Positions 36,297 to 45,700 of a DNA stretch of 47,647 nucleotides are shown here, piece after piece (within the stretch, counting starts at the first letter, position 1; each line of letters opens with the position of its first letter). The notes beneath the pieces are model-generated. The model searched no databases. It saw only the letters and a program-made list of their open reading frames with translations, and had not been told where the DNA came from. This DNA is from Candidatus Micrarchaeota archaeon. GTDB lineage: Archaea; Micrarchaeota; Micrarchaeia; Anstonellales; JAGGXE01. A program made the translations under genes and the position numbers. The DNA is taken from contig JAGGXE010000063.1 of NCBI GenBank assembly GCA_021163225.1, positions 1-47,647 of the forward strand. Reading direction: 5' to 3'.

Positions 36297-38057
36297 ATGA
36301 AGGGTGCGAACGAAAATAGGAAGGATATCGAGATAGAACGACTTATTTTAAAACATGCTTTGAAAAACGCTTACGATTACGGTGAGGCGAGGACAAAGGC
36401 CATCATCGGCAAGGTCGTTGCGGAAAACCCGGAACTTAAGAAGGATATGAAAACCCTGATGAAACTGATAGAGCAAACTGTCAACAGGGTAAACAGTATG
36501 AGCAGGGAAGAGATCGAATCCGCCATGGAACGGTTCGAATACGTAGAGAAGACAGAGAAACCTATGGAAGAAAGGATCCGCGAATCCGTACCGAACGCGA
36601 CGGAGGGTAAAGTGGTAACGAGGATACCACCGGAACCGAACGCAGCGGCTTTACACATCGGACACGCAAAAGCGATGTGGTTGGACAGGCTCGTAGCCGA
36701 CCTGTTCAGAGGCAGATGCATTCTTCGATGGGACGACACAAACCCCGAATCCGAGAGAAGCGAATACGTGTCGGCGATAAAGGAGGACCTGAAATCCCTA
36801 GGTATAACATGGGACGATGAGGTATATACATCAGATTACATAGAACTGATGTACAGGTTATGCGAGAAACTGATAAGGGACGGTCACGGATACGTTTGCA
36901 CATGTCCCCCAGACAGGATCCATGAGAACCGTAAGAAAGGTATAGAATGTTCATGCAGGTCAAGACCTGTTGAAGAAAACCTGCGACTGTGGAACGATAT
37001 GCTGGAAGGAAGGATAGGACCTGGCAAAGCAATAGTTCGGATGAAGGGTGACATGAAATCAAAGAATACGGCGATGCGGGACCCAACATTGTTCAGGATC
37101 ATCGACACGGAAAAAACGCCTCATTTCCGTCACGGCAGAAAATACCGGGTCTGGCCCACCTACGACTTTTCATCGGCGGTGATGGATTCGCCGGACACGT
37201 TGGGAATAACACATCCCATAAGGAGTAAGGAGTACGAGTTGAGGAACGAGCCGTATTTCAAACTGATGGAATTTTTAGGGTTATCCAGACCGACGTTGAT
37301 CACCATATCGCGTCTCGAGATACCCGGTTATCCGGTAAGCAAACGTCTGATAAAACCGTTGGTCGAAGAGGGCAAGGTCTGGGGATGGGACGACCCACGT
37401 CTGTTGACGGTCAAAGGTTTGTTGAGAAGGGGGATACAACCGGAAGCGATAAAGAGGTTTGTCTTAAGGTTCGGGATATCGACGGTTGAAAGCAGACCAG
37501 ACCTGAGCCTGTTGTTCGCAGAGAACCGTAAACTCGTCGACCCGGTGGCACCGCGGAGGTTCTTTGTAAACGAACCGGTCGTGCTCGTTGTTGAAGATGC
37601 AGAACCGCAGACAATATCGTTACCCAACCATCCTACAAACGGTTCGTTGGGTGTCCGTGAACTGACCGTCGGTAACAGGTTCTATATACCTGACGAACGG
37701 TTGGGTCCTGGTAGGACGGTCAGATTGAAAGGATTGTTCAATGTAAAGATAGTTGAGATGGACGAAGAGAAAAAGGAGGTTAAAGGAACCGTTGCGGGCA
37801 AAGAACCGGTCAAAGGAGTCGGGATTCTGCAATGGGTTTCCGTAGAAGATGCGCTACCGTGCAAGGTGTACATCCCGGGCAAACTGTTCGATGATAAAGG
37901 GCGGTTCGTAGAAGACAGTATGAAAGAGGATGAAGGTTACACGGAAAGCGCAACAGTGGATGCGTTAGACAGGGTAGTACAGTTTGAAAGGTACGGGTTT
38001 GTAAGGATAGACAAGGTTGAGAACGGTAGGGTCACCGCCGTATTCACCCATGAATGA
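36297..38057 (+). CDS. gltX: Glutamyl-tRNA synthetase, archaeal type
   Basis: 586 aa. HIGH motif (ALHIGHAKA), RWDDTNPE, WPTYDF, and the archaeal GluRS N-terminal helical extension. Confidence 0.95.
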   Translation: MKGANENRKDIEIERLILKHALKNAYDYGEARTKAIIGKVVAENPELKKDMKTLMKLIEQTVNRVNSMSREEIESAMERFEYVEKTEKPMEERIRESVPNATEGKVVTRIPPEPNAAALHIGHAKAMWLDRLVADLFRGRCILRWDDTNPESERSEYVSAIKEDLKSLGITWDDEVYTSDYIELMYRLCEKLIRDGHGYVCTCPPDRIHENRKKGIECSCRSRPVEENLRLWNDMLEGRIGPGKAIVRMKGDMKSKNTAMRDPTLFRIIDTEKTPHFRHGRKYRVWPTYDFSSAVMDSPDTLGITHPIRSKEYELRNEPYFKLMEFLGLSRPTLITISRLEIPGYPVSKRLIKPLVEEGKVWGWDDPRLLTVKGLLRRGIQPEAIKRFVLRFGISTVESRPDLSLLFAENRKLVDPVAPRRFFVNEPVVLVVEDAEPQTISLPNHPTNGSLGVRELTVGNRFYIPDERLGPGRTVRLKGLFNVKIVEMDEEKKEVKGTVAGKEPVKGVGILQWVSVEDALPCKVYIPGKLFDDKGRFVEDSMKEDEGYTESATVDALDRVVQFERYGFVRIDKVENGRVTAVFTHE

Positions 38058-38114
38058 TGCGCCGGAACGTGGAAGGGATTACATTTATAAATATGTTGCA
38101 ATAATTAAAATTTC

Positions 38115-40568
38115 ATGATGAAACGACAAAAGAAACGTATCTGCGATAAAAGGGAACAGAAAAGAACCGGACCGTTCTATGACAAGGTTGTCCACGATGA
38201 TATTAAAACAGTGCACATAGAAAAATCCATCGAACATCTGAAAGAGGTACTCAAACAAAGGGGACTGCTCAGAACAAGAATGGAACAGGAAAGTTTAGAG
38301 CATCTCATCAACGGTTTTAGGTCGGTTTTTAACGACACGGACTTCCTCCGCGCTGTTGAAGAGGTCACCTATTTCTTGGAGAAGAGAAAGGATATCAGGT
38401 CCAGCACCTTTATCAACCTGCTAAGGGTACTACGCAACGAAAGCGAAAGAAAATTCGAGAACGGGTTGGCGAGTCTTTCGTACATCCACGAACTTCCTGA
38501 AAAGGACGGATGGTTATCCGAGCTACTCGAAGCAGTGTTAAAGTTTCAGAGAAGGAACGGTCTCGGACTGTTCTACGCTTCATCGTTCCTTGCAGAACTG
38601 AAAAAGTTCGGTAACGAATTTGCGGCTGCGCAAACAGTTACGCAGATGTTGAAGACGTCAGACATGGAAGAGGTGGAGAAGGCCTACGACATCATATCCG
38701 CACTCGACTCCGATAGACATAAGTATATCGGAGACGTGCTCTCTGTATTCAGGGATATACCTTTCTCCATCGATAACCTGAAAAAACTCATAAGGGTATC
38801 CGAAACACTACCGGGCATCTATGATTGCATAAGTTTCATGGACCTTATGAGAATGGCCAAAGACAAGCAGAAGATGTTAGACCTGATCTACGACAAAGCA
38901 TACATTGGACCGAGTTTAAAGATGGTGTACTTTGATAATCCGGGTATTCCGCCGGAAGATATTCTGGAAAGGTTTATCGATTCTGGTAAAGAATTCCTGT
39001 TGATAAACAGCGTAACTCAGTTCGAAAAAGCCATCGAAGCGCATCCAGACGTATTGGACAGGGAAACGATAAAACGAATCAGACAGGCACTCGAGGTTGT
39101 GAGGGAGTCGCAGGTCGGGAGACTGATGTTGTTGTGCAAAAGACACGGAGAAGTGATCAAGAGATACAAACGGATACCGTTACCTTGGTTTCTCGTACTG
39201 AACAGATACGGGGTGATGAATGAAGACCTGACACTTTTGGACAACCTACTCAGCAAACGCAACCTGACCAACTACTCACTGATTAAGGAATACATGTTCA
39301 TAATGAAAGCGATACTGAAGACCAACAAACATCTGTTCTTCGATATCATGAGTATGAAAGGCAAAGATATAACCTTCCTGGAAAGGGTAGGTGTTCTATC
39401 GTTGTACGGTGTGAAGATAAACCGACAGACGTTGAAAAGTAGCCGGTTTGACGAATACATTGCCAAACATGTGTTAGAACTGTTCGTGAAGGTGTTCAGA
39501 TTGAACAACAGCGAACGGAGCAAATTCTACAAACAAAAGGAAAGATGGCTCGACAGGAACACCGTTGTAGCATTCCTATTACTGAACCACAGTTTTGACC
39601 AGGACCTACGGGTCTATTGGAGGAAGGTTGTAAAAGAGGTTGTGAACGGCAGGTTCGATGAATGGAAAGTGAAACATAAGAATTCGGCAGAAGTTAGAAA
39701 GGTGTTGGGAAAATACGGGTTCAAGGTTTGGAACGAGGGATGGAACGAAGAAACGGTATATTTGGAAGCTGAGAAAAGAAGGGCGGTCACGAACATGATG
39801 AAAGGTGTTGTCACGGTTCTCATACAGGAACAATCCGAACGCGTGCGGGAGTTCGTTAGAGCGTGTTTGGAAGGAGATTACAAAAAGATAACGAGAATGA
39901 TTGAACGGGGTAAATTGAAAAACCATCTCGACAGAATAGTCTATGAGGAACTGACCGAAGTTTGGAAGAGGATGCAGAGAAGGATTATACATATCCCCAC
40001 GCAGATCAGAATTGTCACACTTACCGACCCGTTAGAGATCATACATATCGGAGTCAAACCGGTTTTCACATGTCAGAACTGGAAGGTTCCGACGTCACTA
40101 TCACAGGGTATATTCTCGTACATTGCCGATAACAACAAACGTATCATAGCCGTCAAAAACTCCGCCGGCACGATACTTTTCAGAGTGGTGGTACGTCTTG
40201 AAACGTACAACAACGAATCACCCTTACTGATAATCGAACCTGTCTACGGAGAATCGAGGTTCCTCCATCTATCCAAATACCTGGCGGAATACATCATCAA
40301 GTTTGCTATGAAACTTAAACGCGCCTGGGGACGCAATGTTTACATCGCTACCGGGAGCATTCATCCACCGTCCGGGAGTAAATGGATAAACAGAGAACTT
40401 GAACTACTGGCCAAGAAATACGGACTCGAACATTCCAATGTAGAGGTTCTGAAGACGGTCGGGCTCGAAACATTGACCAACGCGGATTACTCGGACACGG
40501 TGTTAGAAAACGTACAGAGCAGGAAAAAGGAGATCGGGCTCTACGACGTCCTCCTTGTGAAGGTATAG
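38115..40568 (+). CDS. 817-aa soluble, mostly helical hypothetical protein
   Basis: Long ORF. TTTATAAATA is centred about 27 nt upstream of the ATG (leaderless-type promoter). No TM helix, signal peptide or family that I recognise. The 3' end overlaps the convergent gene by 28 nt. Confidence 0.8.
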   Translation: MMKRQKKRICDKREQKRTGPFYDKVVHDDIKTVHIEKSIEHLKEVLKQRGLLRTRMEQESLEHLINGFRSVFNDTDFLRAVEEVTYFLEKRKDIRSSTFINLLRVLRNESERKFENGLASLSYIHELPEKDGWLSELLEAVLKFQRRNGLGLFYASSFLAELKKFGNEFAAAQTVTQMLKTSDMEEVEKAYDIISALDSDRHKYIGDVLSVFRDIPFSIDNLKKLIRVSETLPGIYDCISFMDLMRMAKDKQKMLDLIYDKAYIGPSLKMVYFDNPGIPPEDILERFIDSGKEFLLINSVTQFEKAIEAHPDVLDRETIKRIRQALEVVRESQVGRLMLLCKRHGEVIKRYKRIPLPWFLVLNRYGVMNEDLTLLDNLLSKRNLTNYSLIKEYMFIMKAILKTNKHLFFDIMSMKGKDITFLERVGVLSLYGVKINRQTLKSSRFDEYIAKHVLELFVKVFRLNNSERSKFYKQKERWLDRNTVVAFLLLNHSFDQDLRVYWRKVVKEVVNGRFDEWKVKHKNSAEVRKVLGKYGFKVWNEGWNEETVYLEAEKRRAVTNMMKGVVTVLIQEQSERVREFVRACLEGDYKKITRMIERGKLKNHLDRIVYEELTEVWKRMQRRIIHIPTQIRIVTLTDPLEIIHIGVKPVFTCQNWKVPTSLSQGIFSYIADNNKRIIAVKNSAGTILFRVVVRLETYNNESPLLIIEPVYGESRFLHLSKYLAEYIIKFAMKLKRAWGRNVYIATGSIHPPSGSKWINRELELLAKKYGLEHSNVEVLKTVGLETLTNADYSDTVLENVQSRKKEIGLYDVLLVKV

Positions 40569-41842
40569 TATATCAGCGAACCCAGAACCAGTACAATGAC
40601 ACCGTAGGTCAGCACGGGCAGGTAATTAGGACGGTTACGCGAAGCCCTGAGAACGAGGACTCCTTCTTTTGACAGCCCGGTGCATATTATCTTATAACTG
40701 ATTATCCCGTAAACGGATCCGTCGATGGGGATACTCGCGTTGTCATAAAAGGTTGAGTACGGTTCAAGCAACACGATACGTCTTTTGCTCCACTTCGTAT
40801 CCAAAGGAAGTACTACTTGTATTGACAGTGGGACGACCGAACTCTGACCGTTCCTGACAGTGAGGTACAACGTGTTAGGACGAACCAAACTCAGGTTAAC
40901 CTCTGGACGGATATCGAAATTCTTAACCTCAAACACATCGACATGAAAACTCGTGTTGAACGATTCGTTCATAGGAGTATCTGTCTTGACGATTACCGTA
41001 TCTGCCAAACTGTCCGGCTCGGGCTGATGCGCTATCCGAATATGATAGGCGGACAGGTACAACACCTCGTTCGTGGTCGGGTCAACGGGTATCCACATAC
41101 CGCTCTCTTTATCGTACACTTCAACCCATGCATGCGGCATCCATCTATCCTCCGAATACACGTAACCGATAACCATTCTGTTTCTCAACCCTTCGGCGTT
41201 CAACAGAGCCATCAACAGCACTGCATAATCTCTACATGTGCCGTAACCGCGTTCGTAGACCTGCGATGCGTTGACCGGCGGGTCATGATTGCTGACATAG
41301 GTCATCCTCGAATACACAAAATTTGAATAGTTTACCAGAGTGGATATCAGACCGTTACCGCGGATGTCGTCTGCGATGCGATAGAGTTCCGAACCCGGTT
41401 TAGTGAAACAGGTGCCGTTCGAAACACACGGTTGCGAACCAAGGTAATACAGGGACGGGTCGCGGTAGATTTTGTACACCGAATAGTTTATCACCACATC
41501 GCTGACCAACCTGACCGTAACGTTCGTTGAGTTCTCCAGAGGGGTGATGTTAAACGTGTAGACCACGTTACCGAAATCGTCTAAAGATTCTTTATACGGA
41601 TAATTCGAGGTCGTGTTCAAAACATGTTGAGAGAGCGTGTTAGACAACGGGTACACGGTGAGTATGATCCGCGTGTCCGGCGGATATGTAGTGTTGGTGG
41701 AAACCGTCCAGGTTTGGGTAACCCTTGCGCGTACGAATCCTACCTCTGAAGGTTCTGAAGGCAGTAGTTCTCCGTAAGAAACAGTCATGATTAGAATCAG
41801 GATGACCGTTGTGAGGGTAAACTGTTTCGGTACCGAACCCAT
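40541..41842 (-). CDS. Exported, C-terminally anchored transglutaminase-like (papain-fold) protein
   Basis: Signal peptide (FTLTTVILILIMTVSYG). Cys-His-Asp core GYGTCRDYAVLLMALLNAEGL...HAWVEVY...VDPT. C-terminal TM helix LPVLTYGVIVLVLGSLIYY. Confidence 0.85.
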   Translation of the reverse strand: MGSVPKQFTLTTVILILIMTVSYGELLPSEPSEVGFVRARVTQTWTVSTNTTYPPDTRIILTVYPLSNTLSQHVLNTTSNYPYKESLDDFGNVVYTFNITPLENSTNVTVRLVSDVVINYSVYKIYRDPSLYYLGSQPCVSNGTCFTKPGSELYRIADDIRGNGLISTLVNYSNFVYSRMTYVSNHDPPVNASQVYERGYGTCRDYAVLLMALLNAEGLRNRMVIGYVYSEDRWMPHAWVEVYDKESGMWIPVDPTTNEVLYLSAYHIRIAHQPEPDSLADTVIVKTDTPMNESFNTSFHVDVFEVKNFDIRPEVNLSLVRPNTLYLTVRNGQSSVVPLSIQVVLPLDTKWSKRRIVLLEPYSTFYDNASIPIDGSVYGIISYKIICTGLSKEGVLVLRASRNRPNYLPVLTYGVIVLVLGSLIYYTFTRRTS

Positions 41843-41886
41843 CCATCATACCTCATCGCTCGCAGTCGAAAGAACAGAAAAACGGA

Positions 41887-41988
41887 TGCCGCGGGCCGGA
41901 TTTTCACGTTTCGCCATTCAACGGACGTTTTGAACCGGCGACACCTCGGTCTTCAGCCGAGTGCTCTCCCAGACTGAGCTACCGCGGC
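41887..41988 (-). tRNA. tRNA-Phe (anticodon GAA) with a 28-nt intron in the T-loop (position 59/60), no encoded CCA
   Basis: Hand-folded. Acceptor GCCGCGG/CCGCGGC. D arm GCTC-AGTCTGGGA-GAGC. Anticodon arm CTCGG-CTGAAGA-CCGAG. T stem GCCGG/CCGGC separated by 35 nt instead of 7. Removing 28 nt restores the T-loop TTCAAAT. Confidence 0.9.
41901..41928 (-). other. Non-canonical tRNA intron with an hBHBh' splicing motif
   Basis: The pre-tRNA reads GCCGG-TTCA-[AAA]-CGT...ACG-TGAA-[AAT]-CCGGC. The outer helix is the T stem, the central helix is the 4-bp TTCA/TGAA, there are two 3-nt bulges, and the inner helix is CGT/ACG. Cleavage after the second bulge nucleotide on each side gives mature TTCAAAT. 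Confidence 0.8.
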
Positions 41989-42464
41989 ACCAGTTTCTAT
42001 ATTTAACCCAACAACAGATATTAAAAAGTTTCTGTGCATCTTTTCGGAAAGTGCAATTCTGTAAATAACTCAGATTAACTCGATGTAGAAGAATTATGTT
42101 TTCTGCCGAACTATCTACGAACCCCATCTTATTATTCTCGTATCCCGTAGGACTGCATGAATAAAATCATAATTGTATTTTGTATTTCTTATCGGTATAG
42201 TATTGATTTTAGAGTAATCGTAATCTAAACTAAAGAATATCATACGTAAACATATGGCACATCTCTTCCACCACACTATTTGCGGATGCGGTCCATACCC
42301 TGTTTATGCGGTCGATTATCTTGTCACTCGCACAGGAGAGGTTAAGGAAATCTCTAGGCAGAAGATATACGAAGACCCGACTGATAGGATGTGCGTAGAT
42401 CGAATTTTCCGATAGATATTGAACGATCTCTGCAAAAATTCGTTTGGACCGGGAAAGAAAAGGT

Positions 42465-42659
42465 TCAACGTTTGAGATAGGTGCCGTCGGGCATAAGATA
42501 ATCCGAATGCGGGATACCCTTTTCCTCCAACTGGTACCGTCTACATCTGGTAAAATCTCCTTCGCAATACCTCCTCCGCCACTCCAGAGATATTTTACCC
42601 TCTGCTTCGAACCTTCTCAAAGGACACACATCGAACCATTTGCATCTCATCGCATTCAC
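42465..42659 (-). CDS. Small conserved 4-Cys protein (64 aa), function unknown
   Basis: The pattern CKWFDVCPLRRFEAEGKI...RRYCEGDFTRCRRYQLEEKGIPHSDYLMPDG matches, from memory, a small Cys-rich family common in methanogens and other archaea. Needs a database check. Confidence 0.65.
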   Translation of the reverse strand: MNAMRCKWFDVCPLRRFEAEGKISLEWRRRYCEGDFTRCRRYQLEEKGIPHSDYLMPDGTYLKR

Positions 42660-42728
42660 CTGTCTATCGTTCCAGTTCCATTGTAACCGACCAAAACTTT
42701 TAAAACATCAACCTCTTTCTTTTAAACC

Positions 42729-43451
42729 ATGAAACTGTTGAAATATTCAGTAGATTCGTACAAGAGCAACTTCAGACTCATCCTGCTGTTCTCGTTACCC
42801 TTTCTCGTAGCATTCATGATACCGATACTGATACCTCTGCCCACCTATCCGGCTGTCGGAGGGATATACCTTCGGACAGGCAGTTTACCGGCAATCACCA
42901 TGCTCGATGCTGGGATAATGATACTTGCCTATTTGGCAGCCCTTTACCTGGTATCCTTTGCTATTGTTAACATCAACATAGTCATAAAATCCCAGCGTAC
43001 AACTCTGAACATCAGAAAAGAGGTTTTAAAGAGTATCTCATCGACCGCGTTGAACGTATTCCTCCTCTACATACTGTTCACATTGTCACTTCTTCTCATT
43101 CAACTGATCACATACACGGTTCCGCACAGGGAACTGATCGCCTCTGTACTGAACATGTTGGTCTCGATACCTTTCTTCTACGCTCCCGCAGCAATGGTCA
43201 TAGACGAGTTACCCGTGGAACGTGCACTCAAGGAATCAGTATCGCAGGTTATCAAAAAACCCGAGTTCTTCGGTTTGTGGACGGTGTTGGGTCTGCTACT
43301 GGTTTCGTTGGCAGAGGTGTGCTGCGACACAATCTTCGGATCACCTATGAACGCGTACGTCTCAATATTCATCAATTCGGTAATAATACTGCCCTTCATG
43401 ATAGTCATGCAGACACAGATGTACCTTGCCAAATATCCTATACTGAGTTAA
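42729..43451 (+). CDS. Multi-pass membrane protein (about 6 TM), function unknown
   Basis: 240 aa with hydrophobic helices throughout (ILLFSLPFLVAFMIPILIPL, IMILAYLAALYLVSFAIV, VFLLYILFTLSLLLIQLI, etc.). Confidence 0.65.
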   Translation: MKLLKYSVDSYKSNFRLILLFSLPFLVAFMIPILIPLPTYPAVGGIYLRTGSLPAITMLDAGIMILAYLAALYLVSFAIVNINIVIKSQRTTLNIRKEVLKSISSTALNVFLLYILFTLSLLLIQLITYTVPHRELIASVLNMLVSIPFFYAPAAMVIDELPVERALKESVSQVIKKPEFFGLWTVLGLLLVSLAEVCCDTIFGSPMNAYVSIFINSVIILPFMIVMQTQMYLAKYPILS

Positions 43452-43463
43452 AGGTGCGTTTCA

Positions 43464-44276
43464 ATGAGACAACCGGCGGTCGCAGGAACGTTCTACCCGT
43501 TCGACAGGGAGGACCTTTTACGGATGATAGACAGGATGATAGATAGGGCGACCGTTAGACAGTATCCGACGTTCGGTTTCGTTTCACCGCATGCGGGTTA
43601 CATATACTCCGGGTGGACCGCTGCCTACGGATACAAATCAGCCGTAAACATCGAAGATGTGGAAACGGTTATCCTGATAGGCCCGAATCACACTGGGATG
43701 GGTTGGCCGGTTGCCGTTTCATCGGATACATGGGTCACACCGTTAGGAAAACTCGACCCGGACACAGCGTTTATCAAAGAGATTGTAGATGATACAATAA
43801 GGATTGATGAAACGGCGCACAGGTACGAACATTCAATAGAGGTGCAACTCCCGTTTCTCCAGAGGTTCAATCCGGACGTTCGGATCGTACCGATCGTTAT
43901 GATGGATCAAACGATGCCGATAGCATTGCATCTTGCGGAACGCATCGTGAACACGGTCGGCAAAGAGCACGACAGATACATGGTGATAGCGAGTTCGGAC
44001 CTGTCCCATTACGTGCCCGGCCCGGTCGAAAAAGAAAAGGATACAAAATTCTTGGAAAAGATCACATCTTTAGATATTGAAGGCATGTATCAAACACTCA
44101 GAAGGGAAAACGTTTCGGCATGCGGTTACGGTCCGATAGCGGTTCTGATGAAGTACGCGAAGGTGTACGGTTGCGGGAAAGGAATAGTTTTGCATCATTC
44201 AAACTCCGGTGATGTAACGGGCGATTATTCGAGTGTTGTCGGATACGCCTCAGTAACCATGCCTAAGGAGGGATAG
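43464..44276 (+). CDS. MEMO1-family protein (AmmeMemoRadiSam system protein B-like)
   Basis: N-terminal RQPAVAGTFYP, then SPHAGYIYSG, GPNHTG, SSDLSHY and a C-terminal GDxxxVVGYASV. All are typical of the Memo/UPF0103 family. Confidence 0.9.
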   Translation: MRQPAVAGTFYPFDREDLLRMIDRMIDRATVRQYPTFGFVSPHAGYIYSGWTAAYGYKSAVNIEDVETVILIGPNHTGMGWPVAVSSDTWVTPLGKLDPDTAFIKEIVDDTIRIDETAHRYEHSIEVQLPFLQRFNPDVRIVPIVMMDQTMPIALHLAERIVNTVGKEHDRYMVIASSDLSHYVPGPVEKEKDTKFLEKITSLDIEGMYQTLRRENVSACGYGPIAVLMKYAKVYGCGKGIVLHHSNSGDVTGDYSSVVGYASVTMPKEG

Positions 44277-44279
44277 AGG

Positions 44280-45317
44280 ATGGTCGGAAGAAGAGGTAGG
44301 AGAAGTCTGATAGAGAAGAGAAAATATGCCCATATCAAACTTGTTAGGACAAAGAACGTTGAGTTCGATGTTAAAAGGACCGGGTTCGAAGACATAGATT
44401 TTATCCATAACGCGTTACCGGAACTGAACCTCGAAGATGTCGACATGCACACCGAAATGTTCGGTAAACGTATGGAAGCACCGATCATCATCGAAGCGAT
44501 CACTGGCGGGTTTGACCGTGCAAAGGACATAAACAAAAGATTGGCAAAGGCGGCTCAAGAACATGGGATAGCCATGGGTCTCGGGTCGATGCGTGCAATG
44601 ATAGAAAAACCGGACCTCGGTTACACGTTCAAGGTGAGAGATGTTGCACCCGACATCCCGTTGATAGGCAACATAGGTATTGCACAGGCCATAACTATGG
44701 AGAGCGAGAGGGTCGACGATGCATTGAAAGAGGTCGATGCAGATGCGTTGGCTATCCATCTCAACCCTGCACAGGAGGTCATACAACCGGAAGGTGACAG
44801 AGAATTCAGGGGCGGTGAGGAAGCGATAGAACGTCTTGCAAAAGAACTCAGCGTACCCGTTATCGTGAAAGAGGTGGGTAGCGGGTTGAGCGATGATGTG
44901 GCTAAGAGGGTTAAACGGTTAGGTGTTAAGATGCTGGATACCGGAGGCGCAGGAGGTACGTCCTGGACCAAGATCGAATACTATAGAAACCGCGCCTCTG
45001 TACCTGGTTTTGAAGAATGGGGGATACCGACAGTGTTAAGCGTGCTGATGTGTTCACGGTACCTTCCCACGATCGCCAGCGGTGGGGTACGTTCAGGGAT
45101 AGATGTTGCAAAGGCCATCGCACTAGGTGCAAGGTATGCGGGTGCGGCGTTACCGTTCGTCCGTGCAAAGGACCCAGGTAAACTTGTCGAGATATGGAAA
45201 TCACAGCTCAGAACCGTCATGCTACTTACAGGTAGTGCAACGCTTAAACAACTCGATAAATCCAAGATAATGGTTTACGGAAGAACGGCTGAATTGTTAA
45301 GATACGCTATCATGTGA
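44280..45317 (+). CDS. fni: Isopentenyl-diphosphate delta-isomerase, type 2 (FMN-dependent)
   Basis: 345 aa TIM-barrel protein. FEDIDFIHNALPE, APIIIEAITGG, GLGSMR, IVKEVGSG, DTGGAGGTSW and ASGGVRSGIDVAKAIALGA match type-2 IDI. Confidence 0.93.
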   Translation: MVGRRGRRSLIEKRKYAHIKLVRTKNVEFDVKRTGFEDIDFIHNALPELNLEDVDMHTEMFGKRMEAPIIIEAITGGFDRAKDINKRLAKAAQEHGIAMGLGSMRAMIEKPDLGYTFKVRDVAPDIPLIGNIGIAQAITMESERVDDALKEVDADALAIHLNPAQEVIQPEGDREFRGGEEAIERLAKELSVPVIVKEVGSGLSDDVAKRVKRLGVKMLDTGGAGGTSWTKIEYYRNRASVPGFEEWGIPTVLSVLMCSRYLPTIASGGVRSGIDVAKAIALGARYAGAALPFVRAKDPGKLVEIWKSQLRTVMLLTGSATLKQLDKSKIMVYGRTAELLRYAIM

Positions 45318-45689
45318 AAACCAGTAGTACAAAGTACGTTTACTGACACCCAACCTCTCCGCTATCTGTGTTACTGGGACACCCTTCTTCCGGAGTTTAA
45401 GTGCCTGACGTATCACTTCTGTCGGATATTTGTAAGGGCGACCGCGGGGTACCTTTTTAACTACAACCCTGACATTCATACTCTTGAGCGACCTAACAAC
45501 GGATCGCGGTATAGTTCTCATGACCCCTTCCGTAACGTACAACGTACGCAGCGATGTGTTGTTCAGTAGGAATGCCAACAGATAGACACTCGGTTTAATC
45601 TTGAGAAAAACCTCTCTCTCGTGAGGATGTCTGCGTATCAGGTTCATGATCGTCTTTCTATCACCTTTCAGAATGAGCATGTCCAACAC
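45297..45689 (-). CDS. Small DNA-binding protein with a C-terminal resolvase/Hin-type helix-turn-helix
   Basis: 130 aa. C-terminal RGRPYKYPTEVIRQALKLRKKGVPVTQIAERLGVSKRTLYYW. The N-terminal domain resembles, from memory, the archaeal DUF1699 family. The gene overlaps the convergent fni 3' end by 21 nt. Confidence 0.7.
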   Translation of the reverse strand: MLDMLILKGDRKTIMNLIRRHPHEREVFLKIKPSVYLLAFLLNNTSLRTLYVTEGVMRTIPRSVVRSLKSMNVRVVVKKVPRGRPYKYPTEVIRQALKLRKKGVPVTQIAERLGVSKRTLYYWFSHDSVS

Positions 45690-45700
45690 CCTGCGCGTGC

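Noticed and set aside
41918-42127. 69-aa minus-strand ORF.
   Set aside because: It overlaps the 5' part of tRNA-Phe and its AT-rich upstream region, and shows no coding signal.
42254-42415. 53-aa plus-strand ORF (MAHLFHHTICGCGPYPVYAVDYLVTRTGEVKEISRQKIYEDPTDRMCVDRIFR).
   Set aside because: I saw no ribosome-binding or promoter signal and no recognisable family. It could be real, but the sequence alone does not support it.
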